A DNA stretch of 63,319 nt, counting the filler. It is 10 parts of 10 records of this genome, joined end to end, with 100 filler letters (N's around TTAATTAATTAA, not from the genome) between each part and the next. Parts side by side here need not be neighbours in the genome. Positions count along the whole stretch, not along the records: positions 12,701 to 28,715 come from SRR20825010_1107; positions 28,816 to 32,255 come from SRR20825010_1109; positions 32,356 to 35,488 come from SRR20825010_1116; 7 more parts are not named here. The stretch is one strand, 5' to 3'. Positions 20,683-33,270 of this stretch are shown here, one piece after another. The first letter of the stretch is position 1. Every line of letters begins with the position of its first letter. The notes under the pieces are model-generated. The model searched no databases. It saw nothing but the letters and a program-made list of their open reading frames with translations, and was not told the origin of the DNA. A program made the translations under genes and the position numbers.

Positions 20683-22212
20683 TCAGGCGCTGTGGTGGAG
20701 AGCAACGGTTTGCGGTTGCGGGGTTGCCTGGGCTGATAGATATCTGTCCAGCTCCCGAACATCGTCTTCAGTGGCATAGAGCCCCTGTTTGGTGCGGCGC
20801 CAGAGAATGTCCTCCGACGTCATCGCCCATTCATGCTTGATAAGATACTCGACTTCGCGCTCGTAGAGTGTGCCGGCAAACCGAAATCCCAGATCCTGGA
20901 TGGATTTTGCGTCGCCCAGAAAGTCGTATGCCTTGGTGCCGTAAGTACGCACGTAACGGCTGTATACCGCTTCGGGAAGCCACGGGTATTCTGCGGACAG
21001 GCTTGCCTCGAGAGTGTCGTGATTCTCGAAATCACCACCGGGCAGGATGCCTGTTTTCGTCCACGGACCGCGGGCGTGTGGGAAAAACTGGCAGAGTTTG
21101 TCCGTCGCAGCTTCCGCAAGTTTGCGGTAGGTAGTGATCTTGCCACCAAAGACGGAGATGACCGGTGCCTTGCCTTTTTCCCGGCTCACTTCAAATGAAT
21201 AGTCGCGGGAAGCCTTTTTGGCATCTCCTTCTTCGTCGTCCATTAATGGGCGAACGCCGGAATAGGACCACACCACATCGCTTTCCGTTAGTTGGCGTTT
21301 AAAGTGCGAGTTGACGATATCCAGCAGATATTCGGTTTCTTCCGGTGATATTTTCGCTTTTTTCGGGTCGCCTTCGTAATCCACGTCGGTGGTGCCTACC
21401 AGGGAGAACTCGTCCTCGTAGGGGATGACGAACACAATGCGTTCGTCTTCGTTCTGGAGAATGTAGGCCTCGGTTTCCCGATTGAGGCGAGGCACCACAA
21501 TATGACTGCCCTTGACCATGCGAATGGTTTTTGGCGCTTTCATGGACAGGCTTTCGCTGAACAGCCGGCTTACCCAGGGGCCCGACGCATTGACAATCAC
21601 CTTGGCGGAGACGTGGTGGATACTGTCGTCATTCATATCCTGAAGCGATACGTTCCATGAATCCGCGCCGCGCTCGGCATTGATGCACTTGGTTCTGGTC
21701 AGGATGGTGGCACCGCACTCCTGGGCTTTCTTGGCGGTCAGTACCACCAGACGAGCATCATCCACCCAGCCGTCTGAATACTCAAAACCTTTGGTGATGT
21801 CCGACTTGAGCGGATCCTTCTCATCGAACTTTATGGAGCGCGACCCAGGAAGGACCTCTCGCTTGGCCAGATGGTCATAAAGGAACAGTCCGGTCCGGAT
21901 CATCCAGGCGGGGCGAAGGTGAGGGCGGTGTGGCAACCGAAAGCGCATTGGCCACATGATGTGTGGCGAATTTCGCAGCAGCGACTCCCGTTCTGCCAGG
22001 GCTTCACGTACCAGGCGGAACTCGTAGTGCTCAAGGTATCGGAGACCTCCATGAATCAGCTTGCTGCTGCTGGACGAGGTGGCTGAGGCGAGGTCGTTCA
22101 TTTCGCAAAGCAACACCTTCAGGCCGCGGCCTGCGGCGTCCATGGCGATACCTGTGCCGTTGACGCCACCGCCCACAACGACAACGTCAAATGTATTGTT
22201 CTCCTCGGTCAT
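20683..22212 (-). CDS. glpD: FAD-dependent glycerol-3-phosphate dehydrogenase
   Basis: GGGVNG, TSSSSSKLIHGGLRYLEHYEFRLV, GGKITTYR. Confidence 0.97.
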   Translation of the reverse strand: MTEENNTFDVVVVGGGVNGTGIAMDAAGRGLKVLLCEMNDLASATSSSSSKLIHGGLRYLEHYEFRLVREALAERESLLRNSPHIMWPMRFRLPHRPHLRPAWMIRTGLFLYDHLAKREVLPGSRSIKFDEKDPLKSDITKGFEYSDGWVDDARLVVLTAKKAQECGATILTRTKCINAERGADSWNVSLQDMNDDSIHHVSAKVIVNASGPWVSRLFSESLSMKAPKTIRMVKGSHIVVPRLNRETEAYILQNEDERIVFVIPYEDEFSLVGTTDVDYEGDPKKAKISPEETEYLLDIVNSHFKRQLTESDVVWSYSGVRPLMDDEEGDAKKASRDYSFEVSREKGKAPVISVFGGKITTYRKLAEAATDKLCQFFPHARGPWTKTGILPGGDFENHDTLEASLSAEYPWLPEAVYSRYVRTYGTKAYDFLGDAKSIQDLGFRFAGTLYEREVEYLIKHEWAMTSEDILWRRTKQGLYATEDDVRELDRYLSAQATPQPQTVALHHSA

Positions 22213-22411
22213 CTCGAGTCATCTCCTGACGCCAATGAAAGGACGCTTCCGGCGCTCTTTCCGATTTTCACAGAAACGTATACCCACATTATGCGAAAGC
22301 AAAATATATTCGTAAAGGAAAATACAGAAAAAAAACGAAAAAAGATGGGCGAAGGCTTTGGGAGTCACACTGCCAGACTATGACTGGGTGATGGTTACGG
22401 CGATGGAGGGG

Positions 22412-23170
22412 TCAGACCAGGTGCAGTTCCACGTTGTTTTCACGCAGGAGCTGGCGGATTTCGACGGGAGGCGGTTCATCGGTAAACACATGATCTGCCT
22501 GAGCAATGCTGCCGAGGCGCACCATGGCGTTGCGGCCGAACTTGGAATGGTCCGCGGCCAGCAGTACCTGGCCGGAATTCTCGATGATGGACTGGGCAAC
22601 CCGGACTTCCCGGTAATCGAAGTCCAGCAAAGAACCGTCACTGTGGATGCCGCTGATACCGATAATGCCGAAATCCATCTTGAACTGGTTGATGAAGTCC
22701 CGGGTGGCTTCACCCACGATGCCGCCGTCGCGGTTACGCACTTCGCCGCCGGCAATAATGATGTGGAAGTCTTCCTTGGCGGAAAGAATGGATGCGACGT
22801 GAAGGTTGTTGGTGACTACCTGGAGGTTGTTTTTCTCAAGCAGGGCCTTGGCAATGGTTTCCGTGGTGGTGCCGATGTTGATGAACATGGAGGAGTTGTC
22901 GGGGATCATGTCCACCAGCGCTTCAGCGATGCGCTCCTTGGCTTCCAGGTCCATGATTTTGCGAGCCTGGTAGGCAGTGTTCACCGTGCTGGAGTCGATG
23001 CCGGCGCCGCCGTGATGCCGGCGCAGTTTCTTCTGGCTGGCCAAGTCGTTCAAATCCCGGCGGATGGTTTGCGGCGTTACCTTGAACTGATCAACCAGTT
23101 GCTCGGTGGTCACGAAGCCGTTCTGCTGGATGAGCTCCATGATCAGGTCCTGTCGGCGTCGTTGTGCCAT
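22412..23170 (-). CDS. glpR: DeoR-family glycerol-3-phosphate regulon repressor
   Basis: VTPQTIRRDL...RHHGGA; lies between glpD and glpK. Confidence 0.92.
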   Translation of the reverse strand: MAQRRRQDLIMELIQQNGFVTTEQLVDQFKVTPQTIRRDLNDLASQKKLRRHHGGAGIDSSTVNTAYQARKIMDLEAKERIAEALVDMIPDNSSMFINIGTTTETIAKALLEKNNLQVVTNNLHVASILSAKEDFHIIIAGGEVRNRDGGIVGEATRDFINQFKMDFGIIGISGIHSDGSLLDFDYREVRVAQSIIENSGQVLLAADHSKFGRNAMVRLGSIAQADHVFTDEPPPVEIRQLLRENNVELHLV

Positions 23171-23390
23171 TCAACTTCCTCCGGTTCACGGTTTTTCTGT
23201 AACGAACGAAATAGCGATTTCAAACCTGAACTCAGTTTAGAGTGTTTTGTGCCTTTGTGCAGCATTTTTAGGGGCTTGTGTGAGGCTTGCGAAGTGCGGG
23301 TAAGTTTTCGCCCGCAAAAAGGGTTGGCTTTTGTTTTCAAAAAAGTAAAAATACGAAAAAATAAGAACACTGGCCCGAGGCAAAACAACT

Positions 23391-24863
23391 ATGACTCAGT
23401 ACATTCTGTCGATCGACCAGGGGACAACCAGTTCCCGCGCCATCCTTTTCACCCTGGACGGCAACATCCACGCGACGAGCCAGCAGGAGTTCCCTCAGCA
23501 TTTTCCCGCGAGCGGCTGGGTCGAGCATGAACCGGAAGACATCTGGCGTACTGTCCAGGAAACCTGCGATGACGTGATGGCCAGGGGGTGTGGTGACAAC
23601 GATGAGGTTGTCGCTGTTGGCATAACGAACCAGCGTGAAACCACGGTGTTGTGGGACCGCGCAACGGGCGAGGCCATCTACCCGGCGATCGTCTGGCAGG
23701 ACAGGCGAACCGCGGACTGGTGTGAATCGCTCAAGAAGCAAAGCCTTGAACCTTCAGTGAACAACAAGACAGGGCTGTTGATTGACCCCTATTTTTCGGC
23801 GACGAAAATTCGCTGGATACTGGACAACGTACCGGGCGCCCGGCAACGGGCGGAACGCGGAGAATTGGCGTTCGGCACGATCGACAGTTTTCTGCTTTGG
23901 CGACTGACCGGCGGCAGGGAGCACAGGACCGATGCGACCAATGCCAGTCGCACCCTGTTGTTCAACATTCACGATCAGGATTGGGACCCGGAGCTACTTG
24001 ACCTGTTCGGCATTCCTGCCTCGTTGTTGCCGCAGGTGATGGATTCGGCAGCGGACTTCGGCCAGATCGTCGGTAACGGTCGGCTGGGTGGTACGTCCGT
24101 CATGGGCATGGCGGGGGACCAGCAGGCGGCCCTGTTCGGCCAGACGTGCTTTGAAACCGGAATGGCGAAAAGCACCTACGGTACCGGCTGTTTCCTGATG
24201 CTGAACACCGGCGACAAGGCTCTGACGTCAGAGCACCGCCTGCTCACAACGGTAGCCTATCGCCTCAACGGAAAGCCTGCCTACGCGCTGGAGGGGAGTA
24301 TCTTTATCGCCGGTGCGGCTATCCAGTGGCTGCGAGACGGATTGCAGCTGATTCGGGACGCCTGTGAGACCGAACCCCTGGCGGAAGGCACACCGGTGGA
24401 CCACGGGGTCTATCTGGTGCCAGCGTTTACGGGCCTGGGCGCACCGTACTGGGACCCCAACGCCCGTGGGGCGATTTTCGGGCTGACCCGTGATACCGGG
24501 ATCAAGGAAATCGTGACCGCTGGCCTGCAATCGGTTTGCTATCAGACCAAGGATCTGCAGAAGGCGATGGAGAAGGATGGCATAAGGCCCATTACCCTGC
24601 GTGTGGACGGTGGCATGGTGGCCAACAACTGGGTACTGCAGTTCCTGGCGGATATCCTCGGGGCGCGGGTCGATCGGCCTGCATTGGTGGAGACCACCGC
24701 GCTGGGCGCGGCCTATCTGGCTGGCCTGCAGGCGGGTGTCTACAAAAGCCTGGAGGATCTGAGCAGTATGTGGCGATGCGACCGCAGTTTTGAGGCAACG
24801 ATGACTAAAGCCCAACGTGACAAGCTCTACGACGGCTGGCTTAAAGCCATTCGCAAGCTATGA
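23391..24863 (+). CDS. glpK: glycerol kinase
   Basis: [34 protein letters not shown]. Confidence 0.97.
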   Translation: MTQYILSIDQGTTSSRAILFTLDGNIHATSQQEFPQHFPASGWVEHEPEDIWRTVQETCDDVMARGCGDNDEVVAVGITNQRETTVLWDRATGEAIYPAIVWQDRRTADWCESLKKQSLEPSVNNKTGLLIDPYFSATKIRWILDNVPGARQRAERGELAFGTIDSFLLWRLTGGREHRTDATNASRTLLFNIHDQDWDPELLDLFGIPASLLPQVMDSAADFGQIVGNGRLGGTSVMGMAGDQQAALFGQTCFETGMAKSTYGTGCFLMLNTGDKALTSEHRLLTTVAYRLNGKPAYALEGSIFIAGAAIQWLRDGLQLIRDACETEPLAEGTPVDHGVYLVPAFTGLGAPYWDPNARGAIFGLTRDTGIKEIVTAGLQSVCYQTKDLQKAMEKDGIRPITLRVDGGMVANNWVLQFLADILGARVDRPALVETTALGAAYLAGLQAGVYKSLEDLSSMWRCDRSFEATMTKAQRDKLYDGWLKAIRKL

Positions 24864-26762
24864 CTACCTTACACCCAGATCCCGAAGTCGCTTGTACAGG
24901 GTGTTGCGGCTGACAGCCAGTTCCCTGGCTGCACGGGACACGTTGCCCATGCACTGTCGGTAGACCACCAGTGTCTGATCCATGGTGTCATTCCGGGAGT
25001 TATCATTCGCCTGGGGCGATTCTCTGTAGGGCGATGCATCGAATACCGGTTTGCGCTCGGGCCTGGTTTGACTCTCATAATCCGCCAGGAAGTCCTCCGG
25101 CAGGTGCCAGAGTTGCACGTCGTCGCCGTCGGCAATGGCCACGGCGACGCGGACGATGTTCACCAGCTGGCGAATATTGCCGGGCCAGGGGTGATTCTCA
25201 AGCGCCGCCATTACCTCATTGTTCAGAGTGTCCGATTGGCCGCTGTCACGATGCTCCAGATAGATTCTGCGGATCAGCTCGCGCCGGTCCATTCGATCCC
25301 TGAGTGCTGGAAGCTCAAGGCTGAGGCCATTGATGCGGTAGTAGAGGTCCGCTCTGAACTCACCATTGTCGATTCGATCTGCGAGCGGGCGGTTGGTCGC
25401 AGACACCAGTAGTATGTCCACGGGAATGCGTTCCGTGGAGCCCACCGGTGTCACTTCCCGTTCCTGCAGAACGCGCAATAGCCGGGATTGGGCGGCCAGG
25501 GGCATTTCTCCGATTTCGTCCAGGAACAGAATGCCCTTGTCGGCCTTGCGTATCAGGCCCAGAGAACCCTGGGCGCGGGCGCCGGTGAATGCGCCAGCCT
25601 CGTAGCCAAACAGTTCGGATTCGACAAGCTCCGGTGGGATCGCCGCACAGTTAACGGAGACCAGAGGCTGCGCGCATCGTTGGCTGGTTCCATGCAGGGC
25701 TTTGACCATCACTTCCTTGCCCACACCGGTTTCACCACAAATCAGTATCGGAACGCCTCTCTCCAGAACCTTCCTCGCCTGGTCGGCACAGCGCCGGACC
25801 AGTGGATCCCCATGTTCAATATCGTCCATGGAAACGCCAGCCATGCCTGGCTCCGTGGGCCTGGCACGGGGTATTGCGCGCGCGGGCTTTGTGGTGACGG
25901 TGTCGAGCGAGACCGGCCGCTTCAACAGTCCTGACAGCCGCACTCGTTTCGTGGTCGTGAGCTGTATGGGGGCGTTGTGGGAGTGATTCAGTACCAGGTT
26001 CCGGTTTTCAATGAACAGCGAGTTCAGGTTGCGCCCTGACAAAGGCTCGCCGAGTAGTTGGTCTGCCCGCTGATTGGAGGCAACTATGCGGCCGTTGGGG
26101 TCAAACGCGATCAGTCCCGACCAGGGGCTGTCGATATTGTCTGCCGTGGTGTTGAGGGTGAGGATAAAATGATCGCCCCCCAACTGCCTGACGATCAGAC
26201 GGTTTTCAACCGATTGCGAAAGAAGACGAACCATCCCCAGCGTATGCGCCTGCGGTAGGTAGGCATCACTGAAGGCACTGAGAACCCCCACCAGGGTTCT
26301 GTCGGTATCGAATATCGGCGCCGCGGAACTGATGATGCTCCGGTTGAGTTTGAGAAAATGTTCGTTTCGCTGGACCTGGACGGGCGAGCGGGTGGCGATG
26401 GAAGTGCCAATGGCGTTGGTGCCAGCGTAGCGTTCGTGCCAACTGGCGCCCGCGCTGAACCATGGCCGCAGATGGCTTTCGGTAATGCGTTTGTCGCCCC
26501 AGCCCTTCAGGACCTGGGCATGGGAGTCGGCCAGCAGGATCAGGCAGCGGCTGTTGGACATGATGTTGTTGTAGTAGGGAAGTACTTCCGTCTCTGTTGT
26601 GCTGAGTAACGCTTCGTAGTCCTTTTCCAGCGTTTCCCGGGCACGGTCGTCGAGGTTCGCGGGCTCGGGTTCGTAGTCATGGTGAAGCCCGTAACCAATA
26701 CAGCGGTTCCAGGAATCCGCGATGATGGATCGGTATTCCGCCCTCTCTTGTTGCCTTTTCAC
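24864..26762 (-). CDS. sigma-54-dependent transcriptional activator (GAF, AAA+, Fis HTH; AcoR-like)
   Basis: GTNAIGT in GAF, GETGVGKE, GAFTGA, FLDEIGE, WPGNIRQL, SRNTLYK. Confidence 0.93.
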   Translation of the reverse strand: MKRQQERAEYRSIIADSWNRCIGYGLHHDYEPEPANLDDRARETLEKDYEALLSTTETEVLPYYNNIMSNSRCLILLADSHAQVLKGWGDKRITESHLRPWFSAGASWHERYAGTNAIGTSIATRSPVQVQRNEHFLKLNRSIISSAAPIFDTDRTLVGVLSAFSDAYLPQAHTLGMVRLLSQSVENRLIVRQLGGDHFILTLNTTADNIDSPWSGLIAFDPNGRIVASNQRADQLLGEPLSGRNLNSLFIENRNLVLNHSHNAPIQLTTTKRVRLSGLLKRPVSLDTVTTKPARAIPRARPTEPGMAGVSMDDIEHGDPLVRRCADQARKVLERGVPILICGETGVGKEVMVKALHGTSQRCAQPLVSVNCAAIPPELVESELFGYEAGAFTGARAQGSLGLIRKADKGILFLDEIGEMPLAAQSRLLRVLQEREVTPVGSTERIPVDILLVSATNRPLADRIDNGEFRADLYYRINGLSLELPALRDRMDRRELIRRIYLEHRDSGQSDTLNNEVMAALENHPWPGNIRQLVNIVRVAVAIADGDDVQLWHLPEDFLADYESQTRPERKPVFDASPYRESPQANDNSRNDTMDQTLVVYRQCMGNVSRAARELAVSRNTLYKRLRDLGVR

Positions 26763-26881
26763 GCGAATCCTCCGCGTTCCTGAAGTTCGTTTTGTTTTTT
26801 CGCACCCCGCCAGGGTGGCCCGAGGCCGCGAATCTGTTCGCCACGATGTTCAATAATGTGCTCATTGGTTGTTCAGGTCAA

Positions 26882-26896
26882 TGTTCAAACTGAACA
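26882..26896. promoter_or_regulatory. perfect palindrome TGTTCA-AAC-TGAACA, candidate enhancer (UAS) for the adjacent activator
   Basis: 6-bp inverted repeat about 110 nt upstream of the sigma-54 motif; further TGTTCA half-sites nearby. Confidence 0.5.
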
Positions 26897-27002
26897 AAAA
26901 GTTTGATAGCGAACATTTTTATTTTCAATAAAGAAATTTCCTGGAAATTTAATGGCAATAAAAACAATGATCTACGTATTTGATCGTGGTTTCCACCTAC
27001 AT

Positions 27003-27017
27003 TGGTATGCTCATTGC
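27003..27017 (+). promoter_or_regulatory. sigma-54 (-24/-12) promoter upstream of the ABC ATPase operon
   Basis: TGGTAT-GCTCA-TTGC with exact GG-N10-GC spacing, next to a divergent GAFTGA activator. Confidence 0.7.
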
Positions 27018-27100
27018 CTTTATGTATTCGAAATCGAATTCTCGCCGGTCGCCTGCGGTGACGGCGGATAACGTGCCACAAGAACAACAAAGGAAAGCCT

Positions 27101-28198
27101 ATGTCCTTAACGCTGGAGAACCTCTCCCGTGTCGTGGATGGAGTCGATTACATCCGCGACGCGAACATCACGTTTGAGGCAGGTTCGTTCAACGTTCTGC
27201 TCGGGCGTACATTGGCCGGCAAAACCTCGTTGATGCGGCTGATGGCCGGGCTGGACAAGCCCGATGACGGCCGCCTCATATACAACGGCAACGATGTCAC
27301 CGGGCAAAGCGTTCAACAACGCAATGTCTCAATGATCTATCAGCAGTTCATCAACTATCCCAACCTCACGGTGTATGAAAACATCGCCTCGCCCCTGCGT
27401 CTGGCCAAGATGAAGGAGAGTGAGATTGACCGGCGGGTCAAGGAAACCGCGAACATGCTGCAGATTGACCCCTTGCTGAAGCGGTATCCGCTGGAGCTTT
27501 CAGGGGGGCAACAGCAGCGCACGGCGATGGCCAGGGCCCTGGTCAAGGACGCGACCCTGATCCTGTTTGACGAACCGCTGGTGAACCTCGACTACAAACT
27601 GCGGGAAGAGTTGCGCGCTGAGTTGCGAGAACTGTTCCGCGAACGCCAATGCATTGCCGTATACGCCACCACCGAAGCCAACGAGGCGCTGGCGTTGGGA
27701 GGTGTCACCACGCTCCTGAACGCGGGACGGATCGTTCAGAGCGGCCCGGTAATGGACGTTTACCGTAACCCAGTGAACACCCTGGCGGCACAACTGTTCA
27801 GTGAGCCCCCCATGAATATGATCAAGGGCCGTGTCACCGCCACGGAAGTGACCTTCGACGAATACTCCCATCATGCGTTGACCCAGGAACTCGCACGGCT
27901 CGAACCCGGCGATTACTGGTTTGGTATCCGCCCGAGTCACATCGGACTGGTCCCCAACAATGAGGATGATCTCGAGATGTCGATGGAGGTTGAGCTCAGT
28001 GAAATCAGTGGCTCCGAAACCTTCATGCACGTGCGCAATCGGTACTTCGAGATGGTGATGCAGTTGATGGGCGTACACCAGTACCACACGGGTTCGCCCA
28101 TCAAGATCTACCTGCCCATCAACAAACTGTTCGTATTCGATAAAGACGAAAGCCTGGTGCACACACCGGCACAGGTCGTCACAGGAGGGTCGGTCTGA
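27101..28198 (+). CDS. ABC transporter ATP-binding protein (glycerol ABC, GlpS-like)
   Basis: variant Walker A GRTLAGKT, LSGGQQQR, DEPLVNLDYKLRE. Confidence 0.9.
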   Translation: MSLTLENLSRVVDGVDYIRDANITFEAGSFNVLLGRTLAGKTSLMRLMAGLDKPDDGRLIYNGNDVTGQSVQQRNVSMIYQQFINYPNLTVYENIASPLRLAKMKESEIDRRVKETANMLQIDPLLKRYPLELSGGQQQRTAMARALVKDATLILFDEPLVNLDYKLREELRAELRELFRERQCIAVYATTEANEALALGGVTTLLNAGRIVQSGPVMDVYRNPVNTLAAQLFSEPPMNMIKGRVTATEVTFDEYSHHALTQELARLEPGDYWFGIRPSHIGLVPNNEDDLEMSMEVELSEISGSETFMHVRNRYFEMVMQLMGVHQYHTGSPIKIYLPINKLFVFDKDESLVHTPAQVVTGGSV

Positions 28199-28715
28199 TG
28201 GCTGAAATTCATTTGAAGTCCCTGGCTCACAGTTACAGCGACACTCCGGCCGGGCCCGATGACTACGCGATCCGTCAGCTGGACCATGTCTGGGAGAAGG
28301 GTGGGGCGTATGCATTGCTCGGTCCGTCCGGCTGCGGCAAGAGTACGATGCTGAACATCATTTCGGGTTTGCTCCAGCCCTCCGAGGGCGACGTACTGTT
28401 CGATGGCAAGCGGGTGAACGAGCTGTCCCCGAGGGACCGGAACATTGCCCAGGTTTTCCAGTTCCCCGTGATCTATGACTCGATGACCGTGTACCAGAAC
28501 CTGGCATTTCCGCTCAAGAACACCGGCGTGCCGTCGTCCCAGATCAAGGCCAAGGTGCATGAGATCGCGGAGATCCTGGAGATTGAGAGCGAGCTGCAGA
28601 AAAAGGCCAAGAACCTGTCCGCGGACCAGAAACAGAAGGTTTCCATGGGTAGAGGCCTGGTTCGGGGCGATGTGTCCGCCATCCTGTTCGATGAACCGCT
28701 GACGGTTATCGATCC
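28198..28715 (+). CDS. second ABC transporter ATP-binding protein (glycerol ABC), 3' truncated
   Basis: GPSGCGKS, variant signature LSADQKQK, DEPLTVID. Confidence 0.9.
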
Positions 28716-28978
28716 NNNNNNNNNNNNNNNNNNNNNNNNNNNNNNNNNNNNNNNNNNNNTTAATTAATTAANNNNNNNNNNNNNNNNNNNNNNNNNNNNN
28801 NNNNNNNNNNNNNNNCCACCCGCGAAAACCTGATCTGCCAGAGCGTCTCCGTCTCTTCCGGCGGCCACGACACACAAAACCTCACACGAACCATTCCGGG
28901 CGTAATGAAAAATTTACCCTGCGCGCAGTATTTTTCAGACTGGCACTTGTCACACCGTCTTTGAGTTTTGCGTAGGAA

Positions 28979-30142
28979 GTGTGTTTCGTGACGTCGATCA
29001 AGAATTCGAAATCCCGCCCCGGGCGTGATCGCAAGAGTGGTTTTCTGCGCCTTTCGCTCGCAGTCGCCATGATCGCGATCGCCGGCGGCGCGATCATCAC
29101 CATCGCCTCGTCGCCGATCCTTTCGGCAACGATCTCCGGGCCCGAACTTGCCTCTTCGCGAGGCATCGGCCTCACGGTCAATCCGGCCTTCAAAGCGCCT
29201 CAGCGCGCCCAGAGCGCGAAGGAGGCGAGGCTGGTCGCTGCCAGGAACGGTCAGGCCCGCGCCAGACCCGCGCTCGCCGCGGACGATATCCGGCAGGCCC
29301 TTCTGGCGGGTCGCCTGGAACAGGCGGGGCGCGTCGCGCTCGCTGATCTCCAGCGCGATCTGGTCGGACGACAGATCGCCGACAATGCGTCCTCTGAAAT
29401 CGCGCTTGCCGACATTCCACCGGAACTCCGGCCACCGGAACTCCGGCCACCGGAACTTCGGCCGCCGGAGCTTGGTCCCCGGACAACGCCGACGGCCGCG
29501 CCGACGCCTGCGACCCCATCCACAACGCTTGCCGCGCTTGCCCCGAGCGGCGGCGGCACGACGGCCGACGATGCCTTCAAGCTGGTGCTCCAGGGCGCCG
29601 ACTCATCCCGTCTCGCGCCGGGCGAAGTCCCGATGCCGGCCAAACGCCCGGCCGGCATGCAGCTTGCCTACGCCGATTTCGGACATGACGATCTTGATGA
29701 GATCATGGGCGACGTGCCCGGCCGCACCAAGAAGGTCGCCGTCTACGATATCTCCGCCGCAAAGGTCTACATGCCGGACGGCGAGGTGATGGAAGCCCAT
29801 TCCGGCAAGGGCAAATACCGCGACAACCCGAACGGCACCCATGTGAAGATGGCCGGCGCCGTGCCGGCGGCAACTTACAAGTTGACCATGCGTGAATCGC
29901 TGTTCCACGGCGTGCCGGCGCTGCGCATGACCTCGGTCGACGGCACCAATCCGCTCGGCCGCACCGGCATTCTCGCCCACACCTACATGCTGCGCACGCC
30001 GGGCGATTCCCATGGCTGCCTGGTGTTCAAGGACTATTACAAGTTCCTGAAGGCGTGGAAGGCCGGCAAGGTCGACTATATCGTCGCGGTTCCGAGCCTG
30101 GAGGAAGGGACCAGCACCCAACTGGCAAACCGGTCGGTCTGA
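28979..30142 (+). CDS. DUF2778 (Tlde1-like, L,D-transpeptidase-fold) domain protein with N-terminal membrane anchor
   Basis: VAVYDISAAKVYMPDG..EAHSG and GRTGILAHTYML...DSHGC; start uncertain. Confidence 0.8.
   Translation: MCFVTSIKNSKSRPGRDRKSGFLRLSLAVAMIAIAGGAIITIASSPILSATISGPELASSRGIGLTVNPAFKAPQRAQSAKEARLVAARNGQARARPALAADDIRQALLAGRLEQAGRVALADLQRDLVGRQIADNASSEIALADIPPELRPPELRPPELRPPELGPRTTPTAAPTPATPSTTLAALAPSGGGTTADDAFKLVLQGADSSRLAPGEVPMPAKRPAGMQLAYADFGHDDLDEIMGDVPGRTKKVAVYDISAAKVYMPDGEVMEAHSGKGKYRDNPNGTHVKMAGAVPAATYKLTMRESLFHGVPALRMTSVDGTNPLGRTGILAHTYMLRTPGDSHGCLVFKDYYKFLKAWKAGKVDYIVAVPSLEEGTSTQLANRSV
29417..29476 (+). repeat. 15-bp in-frame tandem repeat x4 (PPELR x3, PPELG)
   Basis: CCACCGGAACTCCGG x2, CCACCGGAACTTCGG, CCGCCGGAGCTTGGT. 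Confidence 0.95.
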
Positions 30143-30205
30143 CGCATTTCGCAGTCAGGCGGTTTTACCTGACTGCGAAATGTTCGGGGACCTCAATGAA
30201 GGCGC

Positions 30206-32255
<2,050 letters not shown>

Positions 32256-32357
32256 NNNNNNNNNNNNNNNNNNNNNNNNNNNNNNNNNNNNNNNNNNNNT
32301 TAATTAATTAANNNNNNNNNNNNNNNNNNNNNNNNNNNNNNNNNNNNNNNNNNNNTC

Positions 32358-32750
32358 TGGATCGATGGCGGGCACAATCCCGGCGCGGGCCAGGTGATCG
32401 CCGAGGCGATGGCCAATCTCAATGACCGGGAATCGCGGCCGTTGTTCCTGATCACCGGGATGATCAACACCAAGGACCCGGTCGGATACTTCGAAGCCTT
32501 TGCCGGCATGGCCCGGCATGTGTTTACCGTGCCGGTGCCCGATTCCGACGCGAGCCTCGATCCGGACTTCCTTGCCGATACCGCCGACGAGGCGGGATTG
32601 ACCGCCGAACCGGCAAATGATGTCGAGAGCGCGATTGCCGCCATCTGCAGCAACTGGAACGGCCTCGAACGGCCACCGCGGATCCTGATCGGCGGTTCGC
32701 TTTATCTTCTCGGTGACGTTCTCAGGGTCAACGGCACCCCGCCGGTTTGA
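32358..32750 (+). CDS. folC: folylpolyglutamate/dihydrofolate synthase, 5' truncated
   Basis: WIDGGHNP and GSLYLLG motifs; convergent with trxA as typical in Rhizobiales. Confidence 0.88.
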   Translation, partial: WIDGGHNPGAGQVIAEAMANLNDRESRPLFLITGMINTKDPVGYFEAFAGMARHVFTVPVPDSDASLDPDFLADTADEAGLTAEPANDVESAIAAICSNWNGLERPPRILIGGSLYLLGDVLRVNGTPPV

Positions 32751-32784
32751 TCCGCACCAGGCTTCATTCTGTCTGAACAAGCAC

Positions 32785-32815
32785 AAAACCCGCCCGGTTG
32801 CCCGGACGGGTTTTT
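32785..32815. terminator. bidirectional intrinsic terminator
   Basis: AAAACCCGCCCGG-TTGC-CCGGACGGGTTTTT. Confidence 0.85.
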
Positions 32816-32835
32816 GATTTTCCGAAGCAGGAACC

Positions 32836-33159
32836 TCAGGCGATGGCGCCGGAAATCCAGTTGGAAAGCGCGGTCTTGGGCGAAGCGCCGACCTTGATGT
32901 CGGCCACGGCGCCGCCCTTGAACATGGCGAGCGTCGGGATCGAGCGAACGCCGAACTGCGAAGCGAGCTCCGGGTTCTCGTCGATGTTGAGCTTGGCGAC
33001 CTTGACGCTGCCTTCCATCTCGTTCGAGATTTCCTCAAGGCTCGGAGCGATCATCTTGCACGGCCCGCACCATTCGGCCCAGAAGTCGACCACGACAGGC
33101 ACGGTCGAATCGAGCACTTCGCTCTGAAAATTGGCGGCGTCTACTTTTACGGTTGCCAT
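32836..33159 (-). CDS. trxA: thioredoxin
   Basis: WCGPC, 107 aa, downstream of addA. Confidence 0.97.
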   Translation of the reverse strand: MATVKVDAANFQSEVLDSTVPVVVDFWAEWCGPCKMIAPSLEEISNEMEGSVKVAKLNIDENPELASQFGVRSIPTLAMFKGGAVADIKVGASPKTALSNWISGAIA

Positions 33160-33270
33160 GATTCGGCACTCCTTTGATGGATGACTCAGATGAGCCCAAT
33201 GTGATGATTCGCCCTTAAGTATTCAAGGCTTTTCGCCAGGGCTCACCGAGCCGTGATGGGCGCACCCGCA

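Noticed and set aside
29417-29476. Tandem repeat as a possible CRISPR array
   Set aside because: No spacers, 15-bp unit, in frame within a CDS; no cas genes anywhere in the window
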